This document shows positions 34,901-46,900 of a stretch of DNA of 64,000 nucleotides, one piece after another. The stretch covers positions 41,092 through 105,091 of the forward strand of contig JAIETZ010000006.1 of assembly GCA_019744775.1 (NCBI GenBank). Direction: 5' to 3'. This stretch comes from Candidatus Obscuribacterales bacterium. GTDB taxonomy: Bacteria; Cyanobacteriota; Vampirovibrionia; Obscuribacterales; Obscuribacteraceae. Within the stretch, counting starts at the first letter, position 1. Every line of letters begins with the position of its first letter. The position numbers were made by a program, and so were the translations under genes. A model generated the notes under the pieces. That model saw nothing but the letters and a program-made list of their open reading frames with translations, was not told where the DNA came from and did no database searches.

Positions 34901-37900
34901 CCAACTCCGGAATAACAGCAGGCTCCGCCACTTTCGTGGTCAACGCCGTGGGCGGATCGACTTCCGGCGCCGGTGGGCAAATAACTCTAAATTCATCCGG
35001 CGCTCTAGCTGTAACCACAGGAGCTAATTTCACTGCCGCGCCAACTAATGGTGCCGGTCCTTCATATACTTTCATCTCCACTGGTTCTACTATCGCTGTC
35101 ACCGGCGCCCTGAGTGCCAGCGCCGTTGGTGCAAACGGTGGTGCCGGCGGCAGTATTTACGCCAACGCATTTAGCAGTGCCGGTTTCTCCAGCACTGTCT
35201 CAGCCAGCGCCCTAGGCAGTACAGGTGGTGCAGGCGGAACAATTACCATTTTCTCCAATAGCAGTTCGCCATTCAATATTGGTGGTTCGTCAACGCAGGG
35301 AACAAGTGGCGCCATTACCGCCAATGCGGTAACGGGCGGACAAGGCGGACAAGTATTCATTACTAATAATGGCATTGGTGGTATCACTCACAACACTACA
35401 GCCAATATCAGCGTGACTGCTGCCGGCAATGGACTAGGCGGCGTGGTATCACTAGACGCAGTTGGCACGAACAGCTTAGGTGGCACCCTCACACTAGGTA
35501 CCGGCACGGCTGTCACCATCACCGCCAGTGCCGCAGGCTCTGGAACCGTCGGCTCAGCTGTTACCAACAACATATTTTTGAAGGGATCAACAATCAGCTT
35601 CGTCACCAATGGTCCCATTCTTACCGCTTCAGGCGGCACAACAGGTGCCGGTGGCAACATCTATATTGAAGCCACCAATGGAGCACTCACTGCCGGCACC
35701 GCAGCCACATTAAGGCCGACAGCTACCGGTGGTTCCACATCAGGTGCCGGTGGCACTATTACCATTAAATCATCGGGCAATTTGTCGGTAACACCTGGAG
35801 CGGGAGTGTTCACCGCAGCTCCTGTCAGTGGCGCCGGTCCAACATACAACTTAATTTCTACGCAGGGTTCCGTGACGGTCACGGCAGCTCTAAGCGCCAG
35901 TGCTGTCGGCGGAATAGGCGGCAATGGCGGCAACATCACCGCCACAGCCGGCACCACCGTTGGTTTCACTGGTGCATTAAGCGCCAGTGCTCTTGTGAGC
36001 GGCAATGGCGGCAGTATTACTATCACCTCCAACAGCTCCACAACCTTCGCTGTCGGCGGCTCCGGCACCCAAGGAACCAGCACCACCATAGCCGCTAATG
36101 CAGTGTCGGCAGGACAAGGCGGCAAAATTTTTATTACAAATAACGGCACGGGTGGTATCACCCACAATACTTCCGCCAACTTAAGCGTCACTGCGGCAGG
36201 CAATGGCTTAGGAGGCGTAATCTCACTCGATGCCGTCGGCAGCAACAGTGTTGGCGGACCTTTGACCTTAAACGCAGCAGGAGGTGTCGCCATAACCGCC
36301 AGTGCAATAGGATCCGGTACTGTAGGTGTTGCAGTCAGCAATAATATTTTTCTCAAGGGCGAATCCCTTGTCATGGGCGCAGGCGGCGTCCAAGCCAACA
36401 CTACAGGAGGCACAACAGGCGCCGGCGGCAAAATAACCGTGCAGATTACCAATGGAGCGCTCACAATCGGAACAGCAGCTACCTTGCGCTTGAGCGCAAT
36501 TGGCGGCGGTACCTCTGGAGCCGGAGGCACCATAACCATTTCATCGAGTGGTGCACTGACTGCTACGCCTGGTGCCAACTTCACTGCTTCCCCGACAAAT
36601 GGTGCCGGTCCCATATTCTCTTTAACTTCAACTGGTTCTTCTGTAACAACGTTAGCAGCGTTGAGCGCCAGCGCCACAGGAGCTGCCGGAGGCGCCGGCG
36701 GGTCGATAACTATAAATGCAGCAACGACTGCCAATATTACGGGAGCACTGGGCGCGAGTGCTTCGGGCTCAACCGGAGGTAATGGCGGCGTCATAAGCAT
36801 AAGCAGCAATAGCGACTCTACATTCAATATTGGCGGTTCCGCCACTCAAGGGACGAGCGGCGCTCTCTTGGCCAATGCAGCTACTTCCGGACAAGGCGGG
36901 GTTATAACCATAATTAACAACGGCGTAGGTGGTATCACGCATAACACATCCGCAAATATCAGCGTGACAGCCGCCGGCAATGGACTGGGCGGCTCGGTGA
37001 CCCTCGATGCAGTCGGCACCGGCACCGGCGGTCCTCTGCAAATAGGCACCGGCGGCACCGCAGTCACCATTGCCGCAAATGCGTCGGGAACAGGAGCTGT
37101 CGGAACAGCACCTACGACAAACATCAGCTTAAAAGGCACCACTCTTGCCTATAGCAGTCTCGGCTTAACTCTGCAAGCAACTGGTGGCACAACCGCGCCG
37201 GCAGGCGGCAAGATTTCGGTACAAGTTACAGACGGAGCCATTCAGACAGGTGCCAGCAACTCGCTTTTGATTAGCGCGGTCGGTGGCTCAACATCCGGCG
37301 CAGGAGGCACCATTACCATTAGCGCCAAGGGTGCTCTTGCTGTTACTCCGGGCGCCAACTTCACAGCCGCACCCACAAGCGGCAAGGGCGGCAACTACAA
37401 CCTTACTTCCACCAACGATTCTGTGTCCATAATTGGCGGTAGCTTATCAGCTAATGGTGTCACGTCAGGCGCCGGTGGCTCAATCACCATATCGGCAGGA
37501 CAAAACAATTCAGTGAGTGGTGGCAGATTATCATTTAGTACCAGTTCATCAACATTGACAGCAAATGGAGCTGGAGGCGGCAATGGTGGCAGCATCAGCG
37601 TGACCGTCAGCAGCCCCTTCGCCTTCAATATTGGCGGCGCAGCAACAAATGCCAATGGCACAGGGGCAGCCATTACAGCTAATTCAGGCGGTTCAGGCGG
37701 CGCTGGCGGGTCTGTAGTTATTACCAGCACAGGCATCGGTGGAATTACCTTACCGGGCAATAACATCTCGGTTAACGCAACCCTCGGCGCCGGCGGCACA
37801 ATAAAGCTTTTAGCTGCTGAAGGACCCATAACAGGACCTCTAAATATCGCCGCCGGTACAACACTCAATGCCGGCTCGACAATGGACGAAGGCGGAGAAA

Positions 37901-40900
37901 TTTGGCTCTCCGGTTCAACCATTAACTGGACCGGCTCTGCTGCACAAGGACTCACGCTAAACGCTGATGCATCACAAGTCGTCAACTTTGGTGACGGGGG
38001 AATAGTATCCATCAAAACAACAGACTCTGTCACCTCCTTGAATATCGGCACCGGTGCTCAATCCATTTCCATAAGTGCCAGAGGCGGTGACATGACAGGC
38101 GCCGGTGGACAAGTGACCCTTTCTTCCGGAAAAGACATCACTTTAAGTATCGGCTCAGGCTTTGTGGTTGGACCGACTAACGGTAGTGGTGCAACATTCA
38201 CATTCACTGCCGGAACCAACGCATCTGCCGGCAGCGGCAATATCAGTATAAGCGGCGGTAGTCTCTATGCCAGCGCCGTAGGCGCCGGTTTGTCGGGCCT
38301 AGGTGGTAGCGGCGGCACGGTCACCATTATTGCCGGACAAAATAATGCCGCAGGCGGCACTCTGTCATTTGCCACCGCCGGCAGCACAATCCTATCCGAC
38401 AGCACAGGCACTATTGGCGGCGGTATCATTAGTATCACAACTAATAGCTCTACGGCATTTAATATCGGCGGTGCTTCTCCAGGTGCCAATGGAACGGGTG
38501 CAGCCATATCCGCCAGAGCCACCGGACACGCAGGAAGTGGCGGCTCAATCACAATCAAGAACATGGGTAGTGGTGGCATTACGCTGCCGGGAAGCAATAT
38601 TTTAGTCAACGCCTCCAGTGGCGCCGGTGGGACTATCACACTTGATGCGGCAAGCGGCTCAACAGCAGGAGCACTCACCATAACCGCCGGTTCCGTACTA
38701 TCTGTCAACGCGGCTGGCTCCGGAAACTTCAACGGCGGACAAATCACTCTCAAGGGCTCCAGTATTTCTTGGTCCGGTGCCTCAACTCCGGGACTGACCC
38801 TTAACGCCAACGCGGTTGGCTCAGGAAACGGCGGCTCCATTTCCGTGACCACAACAGGAACAACCAGCGATCTAGCTATTGGCACGTCAGCCACAAGCCT
38901 GAGCCTGGCTGCACGTGGTGGTTCACTTAATAGCTCGAATGGAAAAGGTGGCACAATTACTATCTCGGCAGGACGCGATCTAAGTGTTACAACAAGTTCG
39001 ATATCTGTTGCTCCTCAGGGAGCCACGGGAGATGGAGCTACGATAAGTCTTATTGCCGGTGCCACCGGTAGCACCGGTAATCTGGCTATCACAGGCGCCT
39101 TAGATGCAAGTGCCGTCACACGCGGGTCAGGCTCAAGTGCGGGCGGTTCGATAGCACTAGCATCTAAGTCTTCCACCACTTTCAACGTCGGTGGTGGTGG
39201 GTCCAATGGTACTACCGGCGCGCTGTCCGCTAATGCCACGCAAAATGGACAAGGCGGAACGATATCCATCACTAACAACGGCACAGGTGGTATCACTCAC
39301 AACACGACAGCTAACATAAGCGTTCTATCCGCTGGTCAGGGCAAGGGCGGAGTTATTTCTCTCGATGCAGTCGGCTCAGGTTCTGGAGGTCCTTTAACAC
39401 TAGGCACAGGAGCAACCGCTGTCACCCTCTCAGCCAACGCACTCGGGCAAGGTATTGGAGGCACCACACCAACAAACAACATATTCCTTAAGGGAAGCAC
39501 ATTGAGTTTCAGCACCAACGGACTTACCCTCAACTCAAATGGCGGTAGAACTGGCTCTGGTGGCAAAATAACAGTTCAATTACTCAGTGGCAATATAACA
39601 GCCGGAACAGCAACAACTCTTATCGCTACGGCCACAGGAGGCACGACCTCCGGCGCCGGCGGCAGTATATCTCTCCTCTCTGGTTCCGGCTCGGTCACCG
39701 TGACCACCGGAGCCAGCTTCACAGCTGCACCGACAGACGGTGCGGGACCTTCCTACACACTAACATCCAGTTCGCAGGCAGTTTCTGTTACCGGCGCCCT
39801 TAGCGCCAGTGCTGTCGGCTCAGTGGGAGGCGTAGGCGGTTCAATAACGGCAAGCGGCGGAACGACATTAGGATTCTCCAGCACTGTCAGTGCAAGCGCA
39901 ATTGGTTCTACAGGAGGAGCCGGTGGAACAATCACATTGTCCAGCACAAGCGGCAGCACATTTAACGTTGGCGGATCTTCCACTCAAGGCACCAGCGGAG
40001 CAATTACAGCCAATGCTGCCGCTAACGGACAGGGCGGCACCATCTCCATTACCAACAACAGCACAGGTGGTATCACTCATAACACAAGTGCCAATATGAG
40101 CATAACCGCCGCGGGCAATGGTGAGGGCGGAGCAATTCTCCTTGATGCCGTAGGTAGCGGGGCCGGTGGCACATTGACACTGGGAACCGGTGCAACAGCA
40201 GTAACACTGGATGCTAACTCCATTGGAGCAGGCAGCGTAGGCACCGTTATGACTAACAATGTGCGTTTGAAAGCAACCAGTATCAGCTTCTCGACAAACG
40301 GTCTAATTGTTAATGCCACAGGAGGTACAACTGGGGCAGGCGGCAACATATCAATAGAAGCAACCAACGGCGCCTTAACAGCAGGAACATTAACAACACT
40401 AGTTCTTAATGCCGTTGGCGGCAGCACATCCGGCGCAGGCGGCAGCATCACTCTTAAATCCAGCGGTGCGTTGACCGTCACGCCAAGCGCCAGCTTTAAT
40501 GCAGCAGCTACAAGTGGTGCCGGTCCATCCTATAGCCTGACGTCCACAGGCTCGTCTGTATCAGTCGCAGCCGCCCTCAGCGCATCGGCAACTGGCGCCA
40601 TAGGCGGCAATGGCGGCAGCATCACCGTCAGCGCCGGAACTACAGCCGGCTTCACCGGAGCTGTGAGCGCCAGCGCCCTTGTCAGCGGCAATGGTGGCAC
40701 CATATCAATTGCCAGCAATAGCGCAACAACATTCGGTGTCGGCACGTCAACAACCCAGGGTACAAACAGCACAATTGCTGCAAATGCGGTTACCAGCGGA
40801 CAAGGCGGCACAGTTTCAATAACCAACAACGGCACCGGTGGTATCACTCACAACACTACCGCCAACTTGAGCATTTCCTCAGCCGGTAACGGCTTAGGCG

Positions 40901-43900
40901 GCTCCATTGTATTAGATGCCGTTGGAGCCGGCTCCGGCGGACCACTCACACTAGGAACGGGAGCCACTTTGCTTACACTAACAGCAAATGCATCAGGCTC
41001 CGGAACCACAGGCACTGCTCCCACAAATAACATAAGAATCAAAGGCTCAACATTGAGCTTCAGCACTAATGGTCTTTCCTTGAATGCCACCGGTGGAACA
41101 ACAGGATCTGGAGGCAACATTTACGTCCAAACAACAACAGGTGCCGTCACAGCCGGTACCGCCACGACACTCATTGCCAGCGCTATCGGTGGATCGACAT
41201 CAGGAAATGGCGGCACAATCAGCCTCATTGCCGGTGGCGCATTGACCGTAACACCGGGAGCAAGCTTCACCGCCGCCCCAACAAGTGGCGCCGGTCCAAC
41301 ATACAATCTCACTTCCAGCAATTCAACAGTTAGCGTAGCGGCAGCCTTAAGCGCTAGTGCTGTAGGAGCAATCGGCGGCAATGGCGGCAGCATCAACGTC
41401 AGTGCAGCTAGTACTGCCGGATTCACCGGTGCGGTAAGCGCTAATGCTCTAGTAAGCGGCAAGGGTGGAAGCATTGTAATTTCTACCAACAGCGGTACGA
41501 CCTTCGGTGTCGGCACCTCCACTACCCAGGGAACTAATTCAACTATTTCCGCCAACGCCGTATCGTCCGGACAGGGTGGCACAATTTCAATAACCAACAA
41601 TGGTACTGGTGGTATCACTCACAACACTACTGCGAACATCAGCGTCACTTCTGCCGGCAATGGTGAAGGCGGCACAATCATTTTTGACGCTATCGGCACC
41701 GGGACTGGTGGCACACTGACACTTGGAACCGGCGCTACTCAAGTAGCCCTATCAGCGAATTCCTCCGGATCCGGCAACTTCGGCACTATGCCGACCAACA
41801 ACATTCGCCTCAAAGGCTCGACGCTTGCCTTCAGCACCAATGGACTTGCTCTCAATGCAACCGGCGGTACAACCGGAAATGGCGGTAACATTTCCGTGCA
41901 AGTGACAGGCGGCACATTAACAGCCGGCACAGCAACTACATTAATAGTCAACGCAGGCGGTGGTTCTACAACCGGCGCAGGCGGCACAGTGTCATTGACC
42001 TCCAGCGGCACCCTCACCGTGACAGCCGGCGCAAGTTTCTTGGTTGCACCCACAAGCGGCAATGGCGGCAACTTCAACCTAACTTCAACCGGCGCCAACG
42101 TGAGTGTCACAGGTGCTTTCGCAGCCAGCGCGGTAGGTACAATAGGTGGTGATGGCGGCACTATAACAGTCAACGCTGCTACAAACGCCCTATTCTCCAG
42201 CACAGTCGCTGCCAGTGCAACAGGCATAAACGGCAGTACTGGTGGCACAATCAGCATTACCACAAACAGCTCATCAGCTTTCAGCATGGGCAGTGCGGCA
42301 ACCAACGGCACCTCCGGCGCAATCACCGCACAAGCCAACGTTGGCGGACAAGGCGGCACAGTCAACATAACCAATATCGGCGGCGACATTTCAACCGGAC
42401 TTTCACCAGGCGTCACCACCAGCTCGCTCAATCTAACGTCAAAGACAGGCAACATTGGTACTTCCGGTTCGCCGGTTTTGGTGTCCACATCAATGGTCAC
42501 TTCAAACACAGGTGCGCCGGGAACTTCATTCATATCTAATTCCGGCTCCGCCACAATCATCGGCACGTCAAGCGTCGGCGGCAACTTCTCTGTTACAGGC
42601 ACAACGAGCAACGCCGAAATGTTTACCAACGGCACAGTGACATCACAGACAGGCACACTGACGCTGACTAACAACGGTACCATTAATACATATCACGCGA
42701 TTACCGGTTATGCGCTTGCACTTTCAACATCAGGCAGCAATGGAAGTATTAATCTCGATCAAAACGCCACAGGCATATCCGGAGTAACAATCACCACCAA
42801 CGGCTCTGGCAACGTAACGAACGCTGCATCAACTACCATCGGGACAACCAATTCCTCCATCACAATTTCAACCAATGACGTCAGCTTCTCCGGCTCCATC
42901 AATGCAGGTGTTGGCACTGTGTCTCTTCAACAAAATGGCAACAAGCCGATAAGCGTTGGCGGTTCCGGTGGCACTGTTTCCATTTTGGCCAGCGATTTAG
43001 CTGCCATTACGGCTGGTACCCTGGTGATTGGCAACTCCACCCAACCAGGTGCAATAACCGTTGCCGGAACAATTGATGTGTCCGGCGCAGGTCCTGCAGG
43101 AGTCTATAATTTGCAATTCAATACTACCACTACATTTACCTCGACCGGGCAAACCATAACACTAGGCACAAAATCGCTAACTATAAATATGGGCAATTCC
43201 GCCACACTTGGAGCCACAACCGCCACCACAGGAAACATATATATAACTAGTGGCAACGCACCCACCATAGACGCTGCTGTGTCTACATTAGGTTCGTTAA
43301 TTGTCACTGGCGTAAACAGCATAAATGCAACATCCACGATTGCCAGCAATTTCCTCTATTTATATTCAGACGCCGGTATCTTTCTTAATCAACCGGTTTC
43401 CGGCAACACCGGAGTTGTCTTAATTGCCGCAACCAACAGTATTTCTGCAGACAGCATCAACGCCAATGGGCTCAATGGAGGCAATGTTGTTTTACTAGCT
43501 GCCGGCGCCGTTAACATAACCGGTACAATTGACACCTCATCCACAGGCGGTGGAACTGGTGGAAACATCAACATCATAGCTAGCAGCTCATTCAGCAATA
43601 TTCAGGTACAGAATCTTACTACTACAGGTACTAGCGGTGGCGATGTAGTAATGTCCTATCTTGGCACATCTCTGCCTGGTATTGGCGTAAATGTAACTGG
43701 TAATATCACAACCGATGCAACAGGACTCAATGGATCAGCGGGCTCAATTGCACTTACCGGTTCTGCCAGTATTCTAATCTCCGGCAATATCAGCGCTCAA
43801 GCCACTGCCAATGGTAGTTCAACCACAGCCCTAGGAGGCAGCGTCTTCCTTTCTAGTGGCAGCACTTCATCGACCGCCATCAGCGTTGGCACCATCAATA

Positions 43901-46900
43901 CAAGCGCAACCAACAATGGCACAGGCGACAAGGCTGGCAACATCATCTTACTTTCGGCCACCGGTTCAACTGGTCTCAATCCTTCAAATATCACCAAAGG
44001 GACACTGACCCAAACTGGAGGCACTGCGGGCAGCAACCTTGTGTACGGACTGAATGGTGCTGCCACCACCATTCCCTCAAGTCTGAATGTCACACCCACA
44101 ACAAGTATCAATATTCGTCCAGGCGGCTACGATACCGTCCAAGGGTCAGGCGGAGCCGGATCGCTCAATATTGCTATGAATACCGGTGGCGATACACAAA
44201 TGCTGGTCCCACTCAATACTAGCGCCGGCTCCGGAAGTACATCGCTGTTCCTAAATTCATTTACCCAAGTATCCGGGTCTGAAAGTCTAATACTTGCTTT
44301 ACCGGGCGGTCTAACCACAAATGCTGCAATTAACACTTCCTCAACAACAGGGTTGGTGAATATAGTTGCTCAAGGCGCCATAACTATGGGCGGAGCTCTA
44401 AACCTCAATTCAGCCTCTGATGTGATCGTACAAAGCACAAATGCCAGCGGTATTACAGGCGGTTTCAACTTTACTGCCACTGCAGCACGGCATGTTCAGA
44501 TATACGGCACCATGACGCCATTTAGCACCACCGTAGGTGGTAATGTCAGTCTGACATCTACAACCGGTGCTACCTACGTCAGCGGCAACATAACAACAAC
44601 ACCTTCTACCAGCGGTAACGGCGGCTATGTAAGCATAGTCTCCGGCACGACGATAACCAAATCCAATATAACTACTTCCGCCACAGGCACTACGTCTAAC
44701 GGTGGATACATATATCTAAATGCGCAAGGTGCAATAACTACCGGCAACCTGACGTCCACCGGCGGCGCCTCATCGGGAGTCCCAGGCAGAATCAACATCA
44801 CAGCCGGAGCCGGTGGTACAGGCAATCTTGTAACAGGCACAATTACCGGGGCTGGTGGCAGCGACACATCTTCAATGTACTTAAGTTCACCAGGCTCAAT
44901 TACGACAGGTGATGTTAACTTCATCTCAACCGTCAACATGACCGCCGGTACTAATGTGTTAACTGGTGCGATAACCACCAGAAACAACGTTACTTTGTCC
45001 GCAACCTCAGGTTACGTCGTAGCCGGCGGTAGTATTTCTACCGTGCCTTCCACTTCAGTAGTGGGTGGTTACTTGAAAGTTGACGCAGGAACTTACATCA
45101 CTGTTCAATCTATCAACACCACGGCAGGTACAGGCGGCAATAGCAACGGCGGTACCGTCTATCTAAACGCACAAAGCGATATAACTGCCGGCAATATTAC
45201 GGTACACGGACAAGGGACAGGTGCTCCTGGCGCCGTGCTTATTTCTGCCGGAAACGGTGGCACAGGCAATGTGCAAATTGAAAGCATCTCCGGCTCGGGA
45301 GTTAATAACGGAGTCAATGTCGGTATAGATACGCCCGGCACCATAAGCGCTGGACACATCGCCTACGTAGGGCTAGTAGCAATGAGTGCCGGCACAGGCA
45401 TCACCCTATCAGGCATCAACACCACGCCATTCGCTGCCACCGCCCAAGCAGGCTTTATAATCGTTCGCTCCTTAACAGGCAATATCAATGTCACCAATAC
45501 CGGTATCACAGCCAACAGCTCCGGCTCAGGCATACTTGGCGCAACCGTCAGACTGCTTGCTAATGCCGGTGATATCACCGTCGCCGGTGGCATCAACCTT
45601 GCCGGCACATCCACCGCCTCCGGAGGCGGACTGGAAGTAACAGCCAATAACCTGACTCTGTCCGCAGGACTGGATGGCGGCGCACTTAATTTGTCCGGCA
45701 GCGGCACCACCGGCAGTACCGGATACGCCTACTTATTTACTCAAAACAACGTCACCCTCAATGCAATTACCATGAACTCCGGTACATCCGGATTGGGATC
45801 GCTATTCTACATTCAAGCCGGCAACAGCGGCACAGGCAATATTTCAACAGGTGCTATTACCGGCACCACTGCTTTGTCAGGTCATGAAATGCTATTTATG
45901 GCTCCCGGCACAATCACCGTCAACGGTAACATCGACATACACATAACCAGCACAGGATGCTGCGCTACATTCCAGGCAGTGGCAGGCAACGCGGGCACAA
46001 GTCGTGCAGCAGCCCAATCAGGAACACTTCTTATCAACGGTAACATCGATGCATCAGGTGCCAATAATGGCGGCAATGTGTATCTCGTCAACATGGGCAC
46101 TAATGGTGGCATCACAGTAGGCAATATAAATACTAACGTCACAACCTCCGGACAAGGTAATGCAGTAGTCGTTATTGCGCATGGCGCACTTAACCTGGGC
46201 AACATCAACACAAGTGCCACCGGTGTTTTCTTCGGCGGTCCGGTATTCTTGTCCAGCGGCGCTACATCCGGAACAGCAGTCACAACAGGCACAATAACAG
46301 CTAGCGGCGGAGCAGGTTCACAAAGTCTCTGGATTGCAAAAACATCAACTGGTGGCGTCAGTCTCGGAACACTGACTGGATTTGCCGGTCAATTTATAGG
46401 TACGCCTACCGGTGCAGTTGCCAACGTCACAAGCTCTCAAACAATTGCCCTTGGTTCAGGAACACTGACAGGATTCAATCCTGGCGGCTTTGACTCAATC
46501 AACGCACCAACGGGTACAATCTCACTCACCTATTCAGCCGTAAGCCCCTGGATTCCGCTTGTTGTACGCAGCGGGAATTTCAGCGCACAAACACTAACCG
46601 GCACTGCCGGCACGATTGGTTTAGTTTATGCTGCAGGCGACATCAATATCGGCGGAAACATCACCGGTATCTCAGACTTAAAACTGCGTAGTTCAGCCGG
46701 TGGATTTACTGCGCAAAACGTTACCATAACGCGCACCGGCTTAAACTCCTTAATGGGTATCAATGTGTCGCAAGACATCACAATGGCCAACACTTTCAAC
46801 TGGTCATCCAGCTGGGACGGTAATGGTGGATTCATGGGACTCTATTCCGCAGGTGGCGGACTGAATTTAGGAACCGCCGGCAACAGCAGCAGCAATTCAA

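Noticed and set aside
35661-36845. Long minus-strand ORFs throughout the window. Examples are 35661..36845 (394 aa), 41739..42683 (314 aa), 54657..55550, 53739..54623 and 8693..9445.
   Set aside because: All lie entirely inside the + strand giant ORFs. Their translations are Pro/Val/Ala/Leu-rich low-complexity mirrors of the sense Gly/Thr/Asn codons, and they repeat with the sense-strand periodicity. The sense strand shows the synonymous-site divergence pattern of real coding sequence. I treat them as compositional artefacts caused by a lack of antisense stop codons.
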